A stretch of DNA of 64,000 nucleotides from an uncultured Chloroflexia bacterium (GTDB lineage: Bacteria; Chloroflexota; Anaerolineae; Anaerolineales; Villigracilaceae). The stretch covers positions 12,815 to 76,814 of the forward strand of contig CAVZGY010000010.1 of NCBI GenBank assembly GCA_963774975.1, in the 5' to 3' direction. Below are positions 19,295-30,590 of the stretch, piece after piece (the first letter of the stretch is position 1; every line of letters begins with the position of its first letter). The translations under genes were made by a program, and so were the position numbers. Below the pieces are notes generated by a model. It had not been told where the DNA came from. It saw only the letters and a program-made list of their open reading frames with translations, and did no database searches.

Positions 19295-20268
19295 GTCCTT
19301 CCGCTTTCATCCAGAGCAGCGTACGGTGCAGCACAAACCCTGCTGCGCAGATGGCCTCCTCCGATTGATGGGCAGGATATTCCAGATAGCAGGCTCCGGC
19401 GCGAATCCATGGAAGAGCGGATCCGCACCAGCATGGCATGCAGGGCATCATTTGCATCGTTAGGAGCGGAGGCCACCCACAGTGTATCCACACGATCCTT
19501 GCCATAGACCACCGAGGCGGTCGATCGCATCTCACCTGCGCGCCAGGCGGTCCAGTGGTCCACGCTGACGTCAGCCAGGAAATTCCCGAGGGTGCTCGCC
19601 AGCCCGGGCTTCAGGACGTTCCAGAAATTCGAATAATACCAACCGATTCCCTGGGGATGGAGGCGCTCAAGCCAGGCCCTTTGCTCCGCCCAGTCCGCTG
19701 AGCGGCGTGACCGGATCTGCGTGCCTTGCGAAGCCTGCAGGATGGGAGCGCTGGACGAGGAATGATAAGTGGTGCGCCGGTAGTGTTCGCGAAAGCCAAG
19801 GTCCTCGTAGAGGGTGATCGCGCCGGGATTGTCCTCGCGCACGTGCAGCCAGATTTCATCGGCATACTTCTCGCGGGCATGTTTCATGGCCTTGTCCGTC
19901 AGCATCCTGCCGATGCCCCGGCGCCGGTAATCGGGGTGGGTGGCCACATTGGCAATTAGAAAGACGCGCTTGTTTCGCCGGTTGTAGGGAATCAGGCTGA
20001 CGTTGCCGATGATGCGCCCATTGTCCTCCCAGACGTAGCCGGTGAGCGGGAGGGAGATCGAATCAGAGGCCTTGCTCGCCCAGCGCATGAAGGCCGAGTC
20101 CGCCGCGGAACGGCGCATGTCCTGCAGGTAGCGTTTACCGTCGCGGTCCATCGTGCTTTTGAAGCATAATTCGACCAGGTCGGCGACGGCGGACAGGTCG
20201 CGCATGGGATTCAGAGAGCGGATTCGGCCGGGCGTACCGGGGGAAACTGCCAGTGCGGAAGCGGTCAT
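19291..20268 (-). CDS. GNAT-family N-acetyltransferase with C-terminal extension; the 3' end is probably frame-shifted (about 19383-19392)
   Basis: RRRGIGRMLTDKAM acetyl-CoA motif. Met at 20268 (MTASALAV). An alternative frame (19236..19535) carries a more plausible tail, LEYPAHQSEEAICAAGFVLHRTLLWM. Confidence 0.7.
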   Translation of the reverse strand: MTASALAVSPGTPGRIRSLNPMRDLSAVADLVELCFKSTMDRDGKRYLQDMRRSAADSAFMRWASKASDSISLPLTGYVWEDNGRIIGNVSLIPYNRRNKRVFLIANVATHPDYRRRGIGRMLTDKAMKHAREKYADEIWLHVREDNPGAITLYEDLGFREHYRRTTYHSSSSAPILQASQGTQIRSRRSADWAEQRAWLERLHPQGIGWYYSNFWNVLKPGLASTLGNFLADVSVDHWTAWRAGEMRSTASVVYGKDRVDTLWVASAPNDANDALHAMLVRIRSSMDSRRSLLSGISCPSIGGGHLRSRVCAAPYAALDESGRT

Positions 20269-20385
20269 TTTATGGATATTATAGCAGGTAGGCCGGGTAA
20301 CCAACCTTTGCTGATGCCAATCACGGGTAAAATTATATTCATACACTTCTCTAACACATCTCTTTCGGTCTGAAGGACGGGGCTT

Positions 20386-20394
20386 TGCTATAAT
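20386..20394 (+). promoter_or_regulatory. extended -10 promoter (TGcTATAAT) upstream of clpC
   Basis: The motif lies 67 nt upstream of the clpC start. Confidence 0.45.
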
Positions 20395-20460
20395 CGCTAC
20401 AATCATGAATGGAAATTTTACAGGTGCGTTTTTCCGCGCCTGACGAGAGGAACACCGCCT

Positions 20461-22890
20461 ATGATGCGTTTTGACCGATTCACCGAGAGAGCCCAGGAGG
20501 CCGCCCAGCGCGCCGCGGAGATCATCCAGCGTTACGGGCACAACCAGATCGACACGGAGCACATCCTGCTCGCGCTGATCGAACAGCCGGGCGGGGTCAT
20601 CCCGCAAATCCTGGAAATTCTCAACGTCAATGCCGATGCTCTGTCCGAGCGGATCGACAGCGCGCTGCGCTCCACACCCAAGGCCAACATCTTTGGGGGC
20701 GGCGCCGGGCAGATCTTCATCACCCCCCGCGTGAAACGAATTATCGACCTCGCCAACGAGGAAGCCAACCGCCTCAAGGACGAGTACATTTCCACCGAGC
20801 ACATCTTCCTGGCGATATTGACCGAGCGCAACACCCCGGCCGCGCGCATCCTCGAAAGCGCCGGCCTGAACCGCGACCGGGTCTTCGACGCCGTCATGCA
20901 GATCCGCGGCGGGCAGCGCGTGACCGACCCCCAGGCCGAGACACGTTACCGCACCCTCGAAAAATATTCCCGCGACCTGACCCAGCTTGCCCGCGAAGGC
21001 AAACTTGACCCGGTCATCGGGCGCGATACCGAGATACTGCGGCTGATCCAGATCCTCTCCCGCCGCACCAAGAACAACCCCGTGTTGATCGGCGAAGCCG
21101 GCGTGGGCAAGACCGCCATCGTCGAGGGGCTGGCACAGAAGATCGCCACCAACGACGTCCCGGAAATCCTGACGGGCAAGCGGGTCGTTGCTCTTGACCT
21201 GGGTGCAATGATCGCCGGCTCGCGCTTCCGCGGCGAGTTCGAGGAACGGCTCAAAGCCGTCATGGAGGAAGTCCAGCGGGCGCAGGGCGAGGTCATCCTG
21301 ATGATCGACGAACTGCACACCGTGATCGGCGCCGGCGCGGCGCAGGGCGCCATGGATGCTTCCAACATGCTCAAGCCCGCCCTGTCACGCGGCGAGCTGC
21401 AGTGCATCGGCGCGACCACCCTGGACGAATTTCACAAGCATATTGAAAAGGACGCTGCCCTCGAGCGCCGATTCGCCCCGATCTATGTCGAGGAACCGAG
21501 CGTGGACGACACCATCAAGATGTTGATGGGTCTGCGCGACCGGTATGAGGCGCATCACAAGGTGCGTTTCTCCGACGATGCCCTGGTCGCCGCCGCCCGG
21601 CTGGCAGAGCGCTACGTCACCGACCGCCACCTGCCCGATAAAGCCATCGACCTGATGGACGAATCCGCTGCCAAGCTGCGCGTGGCACTCTATTCGATGC
21701 CGCCCGAACTCAAGGAAGCGAAAACCATACTTGACCGCATGCTGGCCGAGGAGGCTGCTGCTGCGAACGAAGGCAACTACCAGCGCGCTGCCGAGATCAA
21801 GGTCGAACGGCTGCGCCATGAGACGGATTACCGCAAGAAGCGCACAGACTGGGAATCGGAGCACAAGCTGGATGAAGTGGTGGATGTGAACGACATCGCC
21901 GAAGTCGTCCATCAATGGACCGGCATCCCTGTCAGTCAGATGATGGAGACCGAATCGCAGAAACTCCTGCACATGGAGGAGCGCCTGCACGAGCGCATCA
22001 TCGGGCAGGAGGAGGCCATCCACGCCATCTCGGATGCCATCCGCCGCGCCCGCTCCGGGCTGAAGGACCCCAGCCGCCCGATCGGCTCCTTTATTTTCAT
22101 CGGACCCTCCGGTGTCGGCAAGACCGAGCTGGCCAAGGCGCTGGCCTGGTTCATGTTCGATGACGAAGAAGCCCTGGTGCGCATCGACATGTCCGAGTAC
22201 CGCGAGCAGCATACGGTGAGCCGGCTCTTCGGCGCACCTCCCGGCTACGTGGGCTACGAAGAAGGCGGTCAACTGACCGAGGCCGTCCGCCGCCGCCCCT
22301 ACCGGGTGCTGCTGTTCGACGAGATCGAGAAAGCCCATCCCGAAGTCTGGAACGCGCTGCTGCAGATCCTGGACGACGGCCGCATGACCGACGGGCAGGG
22401 CAACGTGGTGGATTTCCGCAACAGTGTGCTCATCATGACCTCCAACCTGGGCACCGAATACGTGCGGCGCAGCGGCTCGCTGGGCTTCCTGCAGAATATT
22501 GAAAGCGATGAAGACCGCGAAGCCCACGACAAGATCGAGAAGGCGCTCAAGGGTGCGTTCCGCCCCGAGTTCCTGAACCGCATCGACGAGATCATCATGT
22601 TCTCACCGCTCAGCGTGGAGCAGATGGAGGAGATCGTCGACCTGCAGGTGAAGGAGATGCAGGATCGGTTGAATGAATTCAACATCAAGATCACGCTGAC
22701 CAAACACGCCCGCACCTGGCTGGCCAAGGCAGGCTATGACCCGGCCTTCGGCGCCCGCCCGCTGCGACGCGCGCTGCAGAAGTATGTGGAGAGTCCGCTC
22801 TCGGTGGAATTACTGGAACACAAGTATAAAGAAGGCGGCAGCGTGACCGTGGACGTGAAGGACGACAAGATCATCTTCAAAAACAAATAA
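20461..22890 (+). CDS. clpC: Clp/Hsp100 AAA+ ATPase, ClpC-type
   Basis: Two Walker A sites ([16 protein letters not shown]). The short middle domain has a UVR-like segment [13 protein letters not shown], and there is an LGF loop for ClpP docking. 809 aa is shorter than typical ClpB. Confidence 0.85.
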   Translation: MMRFDRFTERAQEAAQRAAEIIQRYGHNQIDTEHILLALIEQPGGVIPQILEILNVNADALSERIDSALRSTPKANIFGGGAGQIFITPRVKRIIDLANEEANRLKDEYISTEHIFLAILTERNTPAARILESAGLNRDRVFDAVMQIRGGQRVTDPQAETRYRTLEKYSRDLTQLAREGKLDPVIGRDTEILRLIQILSRRTKNNPVLIGEAGVGKTAIVEGLAQKIATNDVPEILTGKRVVALDLGAMIAGSRFRGEFEERLKAVMEEVQRAQGEVILMIDELHTVIGAGAAQGAMDASNMLKPALSRGELQCIGATTLDEFHKHIEKDAALERRFAPIYVEEPSVDDTIKMLMGLRDRYEAHHKVRFSDDALVAAARLAERYVTDRHLPDKAIDLMDESAAKLRVALYSMPPELKEAKTILDRMLAEEAAAANEGNYQRAAEIKVERLRHETDYRKKRTDWESEHKLDEVVDVNDIAEVVHQWTGIPVSQMMETESQKLLHMEERLHERIIGQEEAIHAISDAIRRARSGLKDPSRPIGSFIFIGPSGVGKTELAKALAWFMFDDEEALVRIDMSEYREQHTVSRLFGAPPGYVGYEEGGQLTEAVRRRPYRVLLFDEIEKAHPEVWNALLQILDDGRMTDGQGNVVDFRNSVLIMTSNLGTEYVRRSGSLGFLQNIESDEDREAHDKIEKALKGAFRPEFLNRIDEIIMFSPLSVEQMEEIVDLQVKEMQDRLNEFNIKITLTKHARTWLAKAGYDPAFGARPLRRALQKYVESPLSVELLEHKYKEGGSVTVDVKDDKIIFKNK

Positions 22891-22905
22891 ACAAGCATCT
22901 CATCC

Positions 22906-22938
22906 GGGGCGGGACAAAACACCCGCCCCTTTGATTCT
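22906..22938 (+). terminator. intrinsic terminator after clpC
   Basis: GGGGCGGG-acaaaaca-CCCGCCCC followed by TTTGATTCT. Confidence 0.75.
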
Positions 22939-23680
22939 CCATGAAGAACAATTCCTTTCTTTAAATTTCTCATTATCGTGCTCGGACTATGGCTGGCTTA
23001 TTTCCACCACCATTGTCTTGATCATCGCGTTGACCGCGATGGGACCCAACAGCCGCGCCGTCATCATGATGGGCGCCGGGTTGATCCTGTTGTGGGTCGC
23101 GCTGGGTGGGTCTCTGATGTTTGCCTTTCGAAACCGCATCCGGCAGTTGGTGCTGGGTCTGCGCGGCGACTGGCGGCTCAAGTTCGTGCTCTTCGCCACC
23201 CTGCTCGCCTTGCTCGAGGAGGTTGTCACCGTCAGCATGACCAACCTCGCGCCGTTGTTCGGTGTCCCGGTCGGAGCGGCATACATCACCGCCTCGGCCA
23301 ATTATCTCGACGTGGTCGCGCTGCACAGCGTGGTGGTTTTCATTCCCATGTTCATCGGCTGGGCGTTTATCCTCAGCCGCTGGGATTTCACTCCTGCACA
23401 AGTATTCTTACTGTTCGGGTTAACGGGCACGCTGGCGGAGGTCAGCTTTGGGGGCGCGGGGCAGTTTGCCCAGATCGCCATGTGGACTTTTGTATACGGG
23501 TTGATGGTCTTCCTGCCGGCGTATTGCATCCCTTCAGAACGTGGCGCGCGCCCTGTCCGCTGGTGGCATTTTCCATTGGCGGTCGTCCTGCCGATCGTAT
23601 TTACAATCCCGGTGGCGGTGGTCATCGGGACTCTGCATCCCATTCCCATCCATTTTCCCCCCATCACTCCTAATTCCTAA
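22931..23680 (+). CDS. polytopic membrane protein, unknown function (start uncertain)
   Basis: About 7 hydrophobic helices. The only in-frame start is a TTG inside the terminator. An out-of-frame ATG at 22941 suggests another indel near the start. Confidence 0.55.
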   Translation: MILHEEQFLSLNFSLSCSDYGWLISTTIVLIIALTAMGPNSRAVIMMGAGLILLWVALGGSLMFAFRNRIRQLVLGLRGDWRLKFVLFATLLALLEEVVTVSMTNLAPLFGVPVGAAYITASANYLDVVALHSVVVFIPMFIGWAFILSRWDFTPAQVFLLFGLTGTLAEVSFGGAGQFAQIAMWTFVYGLMVFLPAYCIPSERGARPVRWWHFPLAVVLPIVFTIPVAVVIGTLHPIPIHFPPITPNS

Positions 23681-23753
23681 TTAATCCAATCGGAGGGTTT
23701 TTCGCTTGATTTAGGGGTAAAATGGCGCATTGCATTTTCCAGGAGGAATAAAC

Positions 23754-25790
23754 ATGGAAGAACAACCCAAGAGTTTCTTTTCGAATCCTGTAGTGATCAT
23801 CATTGCCGTGGTCATCGTAGTGCTCTGTTGCTGCGTCCTCATTGTAGGCGCGGGCGGCGTTGCATTATTTGAATACGGCAAACAAGTGGCAACCTCGATG
23901 CCCGAAATCCCTGGCTTCGACCTGGACTCCCCCACTCCCATGGCTCCCGCGGAGGTGACACGCACGCCGTCCGACCAGATCTCCTCGGAAACGCTGGATA
24001 CGCTGCGAAACTCAATCGTACCGGTCAATGACCTGCGTGAACTCGCCTGCCGGTTCTACGGCAAATGCAGCATCCCTGAAACTTATCCCTCCGGACCTTT
24101 TCAGGTGGGCGATTCGCAGACCTTTTGGGCGACCAACACCGACAACAACGAGAACTTCAAGGTGGACGCAACCCTTGAATACCTGACCGACCACGCCTAT
24201 TTCTGGGTGGAGGACGGTGTTCGTGTGGACCAGGGTGAGGTGCGTGCGCTTCTGGATGCTTTCGAGACTGAAATGTACCCCACCAACCGCGCCTTTTTCG
24301 GCAGCGAATGGTCCCCCGGCGTGGATGAAGACCCGCATATTTACATTCTTTACACAACCGGTATCGGTAGAGGCATCGCCGGATATTACTCCTCGAATGA
24401 CGAATTCCACCCGGACGCAAACGAATTCTCCAATGCGCACGAGATGTTCGTGTTCAACGCGGACAACACCTTCCTTGACGATGAGTTCACCTACGGCGTC
24501 CTGGCCCATGAATTCCAGCACATGATTCACTGGAAGCAGGATCGCAACGAAATGTCATGGCTGAATGAAGGCTCCTCAGAGCTGGCTGGTTTTCTAAACG
24601 GATACGGTGGAGGCGGATTTGATTATGCCTTCATCGGCGACCCGGACTTGCAGCTCACCGACTGGCCGAACGATCCCAATGCCACCACTCCGCATTACGG
24701 CGCGAGTTTCATGTTCATGACCTATTTCCTTGACCGCTTTGGGGAGGAAGCCACCCAGAAACTCGTCAGTCACGCCGCCAACGGCATGGACAGCGTCGAC
24801 CAGACCCTGAGCGAAATTGACGCCCGCCACCCCTTCACCGGCGAACCCCTCAGCGCGGATGATGTGTTCCAGGATTGGACCATCGCCAACTACCTGATGG
24901 ATGGCTCAGTCGAAGACGGGCGCTTCTATTACCATAATTATCCCGGCGCGCCGCAGGCGTATGAAACCGAAACGCTCGCCTGCCCGCAGGATCAAATCAA
25001 CCGCTCCGTGTCTCAATACGGCGCGGATTACATCGCCCTGGGCTGCAGCGCCGGACAGTACAACCTCCATTTTGAGGGCGCCACGGCCACCGGCCTGCTG
25101 CCGTCAGATGCCTATTCGGGCAGGATGTCCTTCTGGTCCAACAAAGGCGACGAATCGGACATGACCCTCACCCGCGAGTTCGACTTCACCGGCGTCAGCG
25201 GGCCGATCGACATGACCTACCAGACCTGGTATGACCTCGAGGCGGATTACGATTATGCATACGCGCTCGCATCCACCGATGGCCAGACCTGGCAGATCCT
25301 CAACACACCCTCCTGCACCACGGAGGATCCCTCTGGCAACTCCTATGGCTGCGGCTACAACGCCCTGAGCGGCGGCGGAAGCAGCGCGCAGTGGATCCAG
25401 GAATCAGTGGACCTCTCAGATTATGCCGGACAAAAAGTGCAGGTACGTTTTGAGTATGTGACCGACGCTGCTGTGAATGGTGAAGGATTGCAGGTAGATG
25501 ACATCTCCGTGCCGGCTGTCGATTACTTTACCGATTTTGAATCCGACAACGGCGGCTGGGAACCGGCAGGCTTTGCCCGGGTCGAGAACATCCTTCCCCA
25601 GGCATTCCGCCTGACCCTGATCGTCAAACACAGCAACGGCGAGACCACTGTCACGCCTGTGACTCTCGAACTCGGAAAATGTTACGGACCTCCCGCTTGA
25701 CCTGCAGGACGGCGACCAGGCTGTTCTGGTGGTGAGTGGCACGACCCGCTTTACCCGTGAACCTGCCGTCTATTCGCTGGAGGTGAAATA
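23754..25790 (+). CDS. membrane-anchored zinc metallopeptidase, M6 (immune inhibitor A)-like; one frame break at about 25672-25682
   Basis: N-terminal TM anchor, HEFQH motif, and WYDLEADYDYAYALASTDGQTW and VRFEYVTDAAVNGEGLQVDDISV segments reminiscent of InhA-type enzymes. The tail continues in another frame to a TAA at 25788-25790. Confidence 0.7.
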
Positions 25791-26114
25791 ATGACCACGG
25801 CTCCCACATCCGAAGTATTGCCCGTTTCCGACTTGATCGCCTACCAGGAAGGCGCCGTCGTCAGCCGGCAGATTGTCAAGGCGGAGGTAGGGAACGTCAC
25901 CCTCTTCGCCTTCGACCTCGGGCAGGAATTGAGCGAGCACACGGCACCGTTCGACGCGCTGGTCCATGTGCTGGATGGCGAAGTGGAGGTCCGCATCTCG
26001 GGGAAACCCTTCACGCTCAAAACCGGTGAAGCCATCATCATGCCGGCCAATGAACCGCATGCGCTCAAGGCGCTGACCAGGTTCAAAATGCTCCTGACCA
26101 TGATCAGGGCATAA
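25791..26114 (+). CDS. cupin-domain protein
   Basis: 107 aa. The H..D..V.VL.G and P.NEPHAL pattern indicates a small cupin barrel. Confidence 0.75.
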   Translation: MTTAPTSEVLPVSDLIAYQEGAVVSRQIVKAEVGNVTLFAFDLGQELSEHTAPFDALVHVLDGEVEVRISGKPFTLKTGEAIIMPANEPHALKALTRFKMLLTMIRA

Positions 26115-26133
26115 GAATTTCTAGAATTAAATC

Positions 26134-26170
26134 AAGAGACGGCAGCTCAATCACTGCCGTCTCTTTTGCA
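26134..26170. terminator. bidirectional intrinsic terminator
   Basis: AAGAGACGGCAG-ctcaatca-CTGCCGTCTCTT followed by TTGCATT. Confidence 0.75.
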
Positions 26171-26179
26171 TTATTATCC

Positions 26180-26666
26180 TTATCCCCTGATGTTATTCCA
26201 CTCTCCGCCTTTTAACTCAGCGAAGAACATATCCCGGTCTTCCTTCTCGGGTATCTCCTCCCCGGCTTGCTGCGCGGATTTAAGATAAAGCTTCGCCTCG
26301 ATCACATTGCCTGTCAAGCGCATGAGCGCGCGCCATGCACTCAAAGGCAAAGGCCTGGTCGAACTTCTCCAATTCATCCAGATGTTCTTCGGTCAATTCG
26401 AGTGTTCGGCGCGCATAGAGCAGCGCAAGCTCGGCGTCGCCCAGCACAGAGTACACGCGCGAGAGCAGCCAGACTCCCCGCTGATAGTGGACGGCCGTTC
26501 CCGCCACACGCCAGTGCGCCAGCGAGGTGTGGGCATAATCCGCCAGGCACTCGTTTTCGACAGGGGTGCGGTCAATTTTATCGAGCAGCTCCCATGTCTT
26601 GCCATGGTACTGAACGGCAAAAAAGCGATGCACATCGGCTTCGGAATATTGCTTTTCATCGGGCAT
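26180..26666 (-). CDS. conserved hypothetical helical protein; one frame break at about 26315-26325
   Basis: ORFs 26280..26666 and 26180..26377 join as ..ECMARAHAL/TGNVIEAKLYLKS... Confidence 0.55.
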
Positions 26667-26710
26667 GGCAATCTCCTTTGGCTGTGGTTTCCCGGTTCAG
26701 CAGAAGCCGA

Positions 26711-28111
26711 CTAAATATGTATAGCCCGCCCCTCTGCGCCGTGAGCGGCCTCCATCAGCACCTCGGAGAGGGTCGGGTGAGCATGGACGTTGCGGGCGAT
26801 CTCGTGCGGGGTCAGTTCCAGCATGTGCGCCAGGGTCAGCTCGGGCAGCAGTTCGGTCACTTCCGGGCCGATCATGTGCGCACCTAAAATCTCGCCATAC
26901 TTTTCGTCCACCACAATCTTGACCCAGCCGGCATAGTCGCCCAGCCCGAGAGCCTTGCCGTTCGCCTGGAACGGGAACCGCCCCACCTTGACCGTGTACC
27001 CGCGTTCCTTGGCCTGCGCCTCGGTGATGCCAAAGGAGGCGATCTGCGGCTGGCAGTACGTGGCGCGCGGCATCATCTCGTAATCCAGCGTGACCGTTTC
27101 CGCGCCGGCGATGTTCTCGGCACAGACAATGCCCATCGCCGAGCCGACATGCGCCAGCATCAGCTTGCCGGTCACATCGCCGATGGCCCAGATGCCGGGG
27201 ACGTTGGTTTGCATCTTCTCATCGATCTCGACAAAGCCGCGCTCGCTGATCTTGACACCCACTTCTTCCAGTCCCAGTCCTTTGGAGTTGGGACGGAAGC
27301 CGATCGCCACCAGCGCCTGGTCCGCTTCGAGGACTTTGGTCTCGCCCTCAGCGGATACCGTCACCTTGACACCGGTTTTGGTCGCTTCGACCGACTCCAC
27401 CTTGTGCCCAAGCAGGGACTTGATGCCGCGCTTCTTGAACGCCTTGTCCAGCTCGGCGCTGACCTCCTCGTCCTCCAGCGGCACGAGGCGCGGCAGCATC
27501 TCGACGATGGTCACTTCGACCCCGTACGAACTCCAGACCGTGGAGAATTCCACGCCGATCGCGCCTGACCCAATCACGATCACGGACTTGGGTAACTTCT
27601 CCTGCAGGATGGCTTCGAGATAGGTCACCACCTTCTCGCCGTCCACCTTCCACGCACCGGGCACTGCCGACGTTGCGCCGGTGGCCACGATGATATTCTT
27701 TGCCTTCAGTTCGGTGACCTTGCCGTCCTTGTCGGACACGGCAACCGTGTCCTTCGCGGTCAGTTTAGCCGTGCCCATGTGGACGGTTATATTGTTCTTC
27801 TTCATCAGGAAACCGACACCCTTCACCAACCGGTCCGAGACCTGACGTGAGCGTTTGACCGCCACGCCGAAATCCAGTTTCAGATTCTCGAAGGAAAAGC
27901 CGAATTCCTTGCCGCGTTCCCGAAGAGTATGTGCCACCTCGGCATTTTTCAACAGCGACTTGGACGGGATACAGCCCACATTGAGACACACGCCGCCCAG
28001 CCATTGTTTATCCACGATGGCGGTCTTCTGCCCCAACTGCGACGCGCGGATGGCAGCCACGTACCCGCCTGGTCCTGCACCAATGACAACGACATCATAA
28101 TTCTCAGCCAT
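26711..28111 (-). CDS. lpdA: dihydrolipoyl dehydrogenase (E3)
   Basis: GAGPGGY FAD motif and redox-active [13 protein letters not shown] disulfide; 466 aa. Confidence 0.95.
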   Translation of the reverse strand: MAENYDVVVIGAGPGGYVAAIRASQLGQKTAIVDKQWLGGVCLNVGCIPSKSLLKNAEVAHTLRERGKEFGFSFENLKLDFGVAVKRSRQVSDRLVKGVGFLMKKNNITVHMGTAKLTAKDTVAVSDKDGKVTELKAKNIIVATGATSAVPGAWKVDGEKVVTYLEAILQEKLPKSVIVIGSGAIGVEFSTVWSSYGVEVTIVEMLPRLVPLEDEEVSAELDKAFKKRGIKSLLGHKVESVEATKTGVKVTVSAEGETKVLEADQALVAIGFRPNSKGLGLEEVGVKISERGFVEIDEKMQTNVPGIWAIGDVTGKLMLAHVGSAMGIVCAENIAGAETVTLDYEMMPRATYCQPQIASFGITEAQAKERGYTVKVGRFPFQANGKALGLGDYAGWVKIVVDEKYGEILGAHMIGPEVTELLPELTLAHMLELTPHEIARNVHAHPTLSEVLMEAAHGAEGRAIHI

Positions 28112-28171
28112 GAAATTCTCCTTTTAACGGGATCCTTTTCCCGATAGTGTATTCAGAACCCTGCAATTTTA

Positions 28172-28669
28172 CTACGCTTGACGGAGATGTCCGCCTTCAC
28201 CGCGACTCTTCAACCAATCCTTGACCGCCGGTCCGGTGCCCATCGACCAGGGCTTAAGCTCGGAGGGCGGGACAAGTTTATAGGCGGAGAGTTCTTCCCC
28301 CAACACGATATCTCCATGCGCTTTGATGTGATAAGCAATGACAACCTGGTTCTTCTGTGGGAAAGCATAATTTCCGATGAAACCAACGATTTCACCGTCC
28401 AGCCCCAGCTCTTCCTTCAGCTCCCGCAAGATACCGCTCTCAGGCGATTCACCTTTCTCAAGGAAACCGGCTACGATACCCAGATATTTTTCCGGCCACT
28501 CCTTGTTGCGGATCAATATTACCGAATCGCCCAACTCCACAACAGCGGCCACAACAGGAACGGGGTTATCCCAGAAAACGTAACCACACTCCGCCGAACA
28601 GGTTAACCGTTCTCGACCACCCTGCATGGTCGTCGTCAGCGAGCTGCCACATTGTGGGCAATATTTCAT
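28172..28669 (-). CDS. NUDIX hydrolase with N-terminal zinc ribbon
   Basis: CPQCG...C..CG ribbon and Nudix box GFLEKGESPESGILRELKEELG. ATG at 28669 (MKYCPQCG). Confidence 0.8.
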   Translation of the reverse strand: MKYCPQCGSSLTTTMQGGRERLTCSAECGYVFWDNPVPVVAAVVELGDSVILIRNKEWPEKYLGIVAGFLEKGESPESGILRELKEELGLDGEIVGFIGNYAFPQKNQVVIAYHIKAHGDIVLGEELSAYKLVPPSELKPWSMGTGPAVKDWLKSRGEGGHLRQA

Positions 28670-28674
28670 TGCGC

Positions 28675-29295
28675 TCAAATTGTCTTCTCCGCAACCATCA
28701 AAAACAATGGATAGGTTCTTCCACTATCATCTCCCCGCTTCCTGAATGTGTGAACAGTGGAAAACCTTACATGGCTAAAACCGGCGGCCTCAACCGATCG
28801 CAGAAGTTCCGCCCGATCAAATCCATGATGCACGCCGGTGACTTGTTTGCCGTGGAATGAGCCGTCTTCCTTCTCAAGATCGGAGATGCACAGGTAACCG
28901 CCAGCCTCGAGGAGGGTATGGAAATGTTTCAGCAACGGGTTAATTTCAGGGATGTGATGAAGCGCCATTAACGAGTAAATGATTCCAAAACGCGAAGCCG
29001 GCAGCGGGTCGCTCGAAAGGTCGAGCCTGAGCGGATGCATGTTACGCACACCCGCCGACTGGATTTTTCCCGCAAGCACATCGAGCATGCCCTGGGAGGT
29101 ATCCGCCAGTGTGATCGAAGCAAATTCATTTTGCAGTGCAAAGCTGAGCAGACCTGTGCCGCAGCCGTATTCGAGGGCGGTCATCCCCGGCTTGAGAGGC
29201 ACGGCAGCATGGATGGCGTCTGCCACCACCCGGGCACGCTCCACCTTGGCGGGATCGGAATCCCAGTCTTTGGCACGCTCATCGAAGTTGATCAC
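28675..29295 (-). CDS. class I SAM-dependent methyltransferase
   Basis: ALEYGCGTGLL motif I. The likely GTG start overlaps the E2 stop as GTGA at 29292-29295. Confidence 0.75.
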   Translation of the reverse strand: MINFDERAKDWDSDPAKVERARVVADAIHAAVPLKPGMTALEYGCGTGLLSFALQNEFASITLADTSQGMLDVLAGKIQSAGVRNMHPLRLDLSSDPLPASRFGIIYSLMALHHIPEINPLLKHFHTLLEAGGYLCISDLEKEDGSFHGKQVTGVHHGFDRAELLRSVEAAGFSHVRFSTVHTFRKRGDDSGRTYPLFLMVAEKTI

Positions 29296-30512
29296 TGCCA
29301 GTTTTCCAGCGTCTCTTTGACTTTGGCAAGGAACCAATCTGCCGAGGCGCCGTCCAGAATGCGGTGGTCGAATACAAAGGACAGATAGACCATCGGGCGA
29401 ATGGCGATGGAATCACCCCCGTTGGCATCCGTGACCACCACCGCCCGTTTTTGCATCGCGCCGACGCCCAGGATGCCGCACTGAGGCTGGTTAATGATGG
29501 GCATGGCAAACAGCGAATTGCTGACCCCATGGTTGGTGAGTGTGAACGTGCCGCCTTTAACTTCATCCGGCTGAAGTTTTTTAGCGCGCGCCCGGCTGGA
29601 GAAGTCGTTCACTGCTCGCGCAACTCCGAGAAGGGAAAGACCGTCTGCGTTCTTGATGACAGGCACAATCAAACCTTCCTCACCCAACGAGGTGGCCATG
29701 CCGATGTTGACTGCCTTGTGAACCAGCACCCCCTCGTCGGTCCAGGAGGAATTGGTCATGGGGAAGGCTTTTATTCCAGCAGCGATGGCTGCAATGAAAT
29801 AAGCTGTAAACGTCAAGTTGACGCCGTCCCGGGCAAAAGTTTCTTTATTGGCACCACGATGGGCAACGACCCGGCTCATGTCCGCTTCCATGACGGTTAG
29901 CACATGGGGCGATGTTCGCTTGCTCGCCAGCATGTGCTCGGCAATCGATTTGCGGATGACGGAATGCTTGATCAACCTGTCTCCGTGTTGTGAAATGACT
30001 GGTGTTATAACCGCCAACGTCCCGCCATTTTCCGCGAAAGCCAGCACGTCGTCTTTGGTGATGCGTCCATTCAAACCAGTCCCTTTGACCTGCTGCAGAT
30101 CGATCCCGCGCTCGGAGGCGATCTTCGCGACCACCGGGGAGATGAAGCCCAGATCCCCTTTTCCGGATGGCACATTCGTGACCACCACCGCTGTCGGTGC
30201 TGAGGCTGGTTGCGAATCAGTGACAGCAGCAGATGGAACTGATGTGCCCACTTCAGACACATCCACGTTCTCACCCGGCTGGCCGATTACGGCAAGCACT
30301 TCTCCCACTTTGGCCGGGGAGTTTTCAGGAAACAATACTTTGAGCAACACACCCGTCGCTGGTGAGGGGATTTCGGTGTCCACCTTGTCGGTATTGACCT
30401 CGAGCAAGGGTTCCAACTCCTTGACTTGGTCACCTTCCTGCTTAAGCCACTTCGTTATGGTTACTTCTTCAACGCCTTCGCCTAAGCGAGGGACAAGGAC
30501 TTTAGTCAGCAT
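29292..30512 (-). CDS. 2-oxoacid dehydrogenase E2, dihydrolipoamide acyltransferase
   Basis: Lipoyl domain (VNTDKVDTEIPS), E3-binding domain and catalytic FDHRILDGA motif. Confidence 0.95.
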   Translation of the reverse strand: MLTKVLVPRLGEGVEEVTITKWLKQEGDQVKELEPLLEVNTDKVDTEIPSPATGVLLKVLFPENSPAKVGEVLAVIGQPGENVDVSEVGTSVPSAAVTDSQPASAPTAVVVTNVPSGKGDLGFISPVVAKIASERGIDLQQVKGTGLNGRITKDDVLAFAENGGTLAVITPVISQHGDRLIKHSVIRKSIAEHMLASKRTSPHVLTVMEADMSRVVAHRGANKETFARDGVNLTFTAYFIAAIAAGIKAFPMTNSSWTDEGVLVHKAVNIGMATSLGEEGLIVPVIKNADGLSLLGVARAVNDFSSRARAKKLQPDEVKGGTFTLTNHGVSNSLFAMPIINQPQCGILGVGAMQKRAVVVTDANGGDSIAIRPMVYLSFVFDHRILDGASADWFLAKVKETLENWQ

Positions 30513-30590
30513 GTGCAGCTCCTAATATTCACCACAAAGAACACTAAGTGTCACAAAGGACTTCTTCGTGCGCCTTCGTGCCCTTTGTGG

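Noticed and set aside
19291-21318. A 675-aa minus-strand ORF that appears to be one large gene
   Set aside because: Only the part downstream of Met 20268 looks like a real protein (GNAT). The upstream 350 codons run antisense to clpC and across its promoter region, and have the Arg/Gly/Asp-rich composition of a high-GC shadow frame.
20461-22890. Calling this Clp ATPase ClpB
   Set aside because: The middle domain is short with a UVR-like motif, there is an LGF ClpP-docking loop, and the length is 809 aa. These features fit ClpC better. The call is still made from motifs only.
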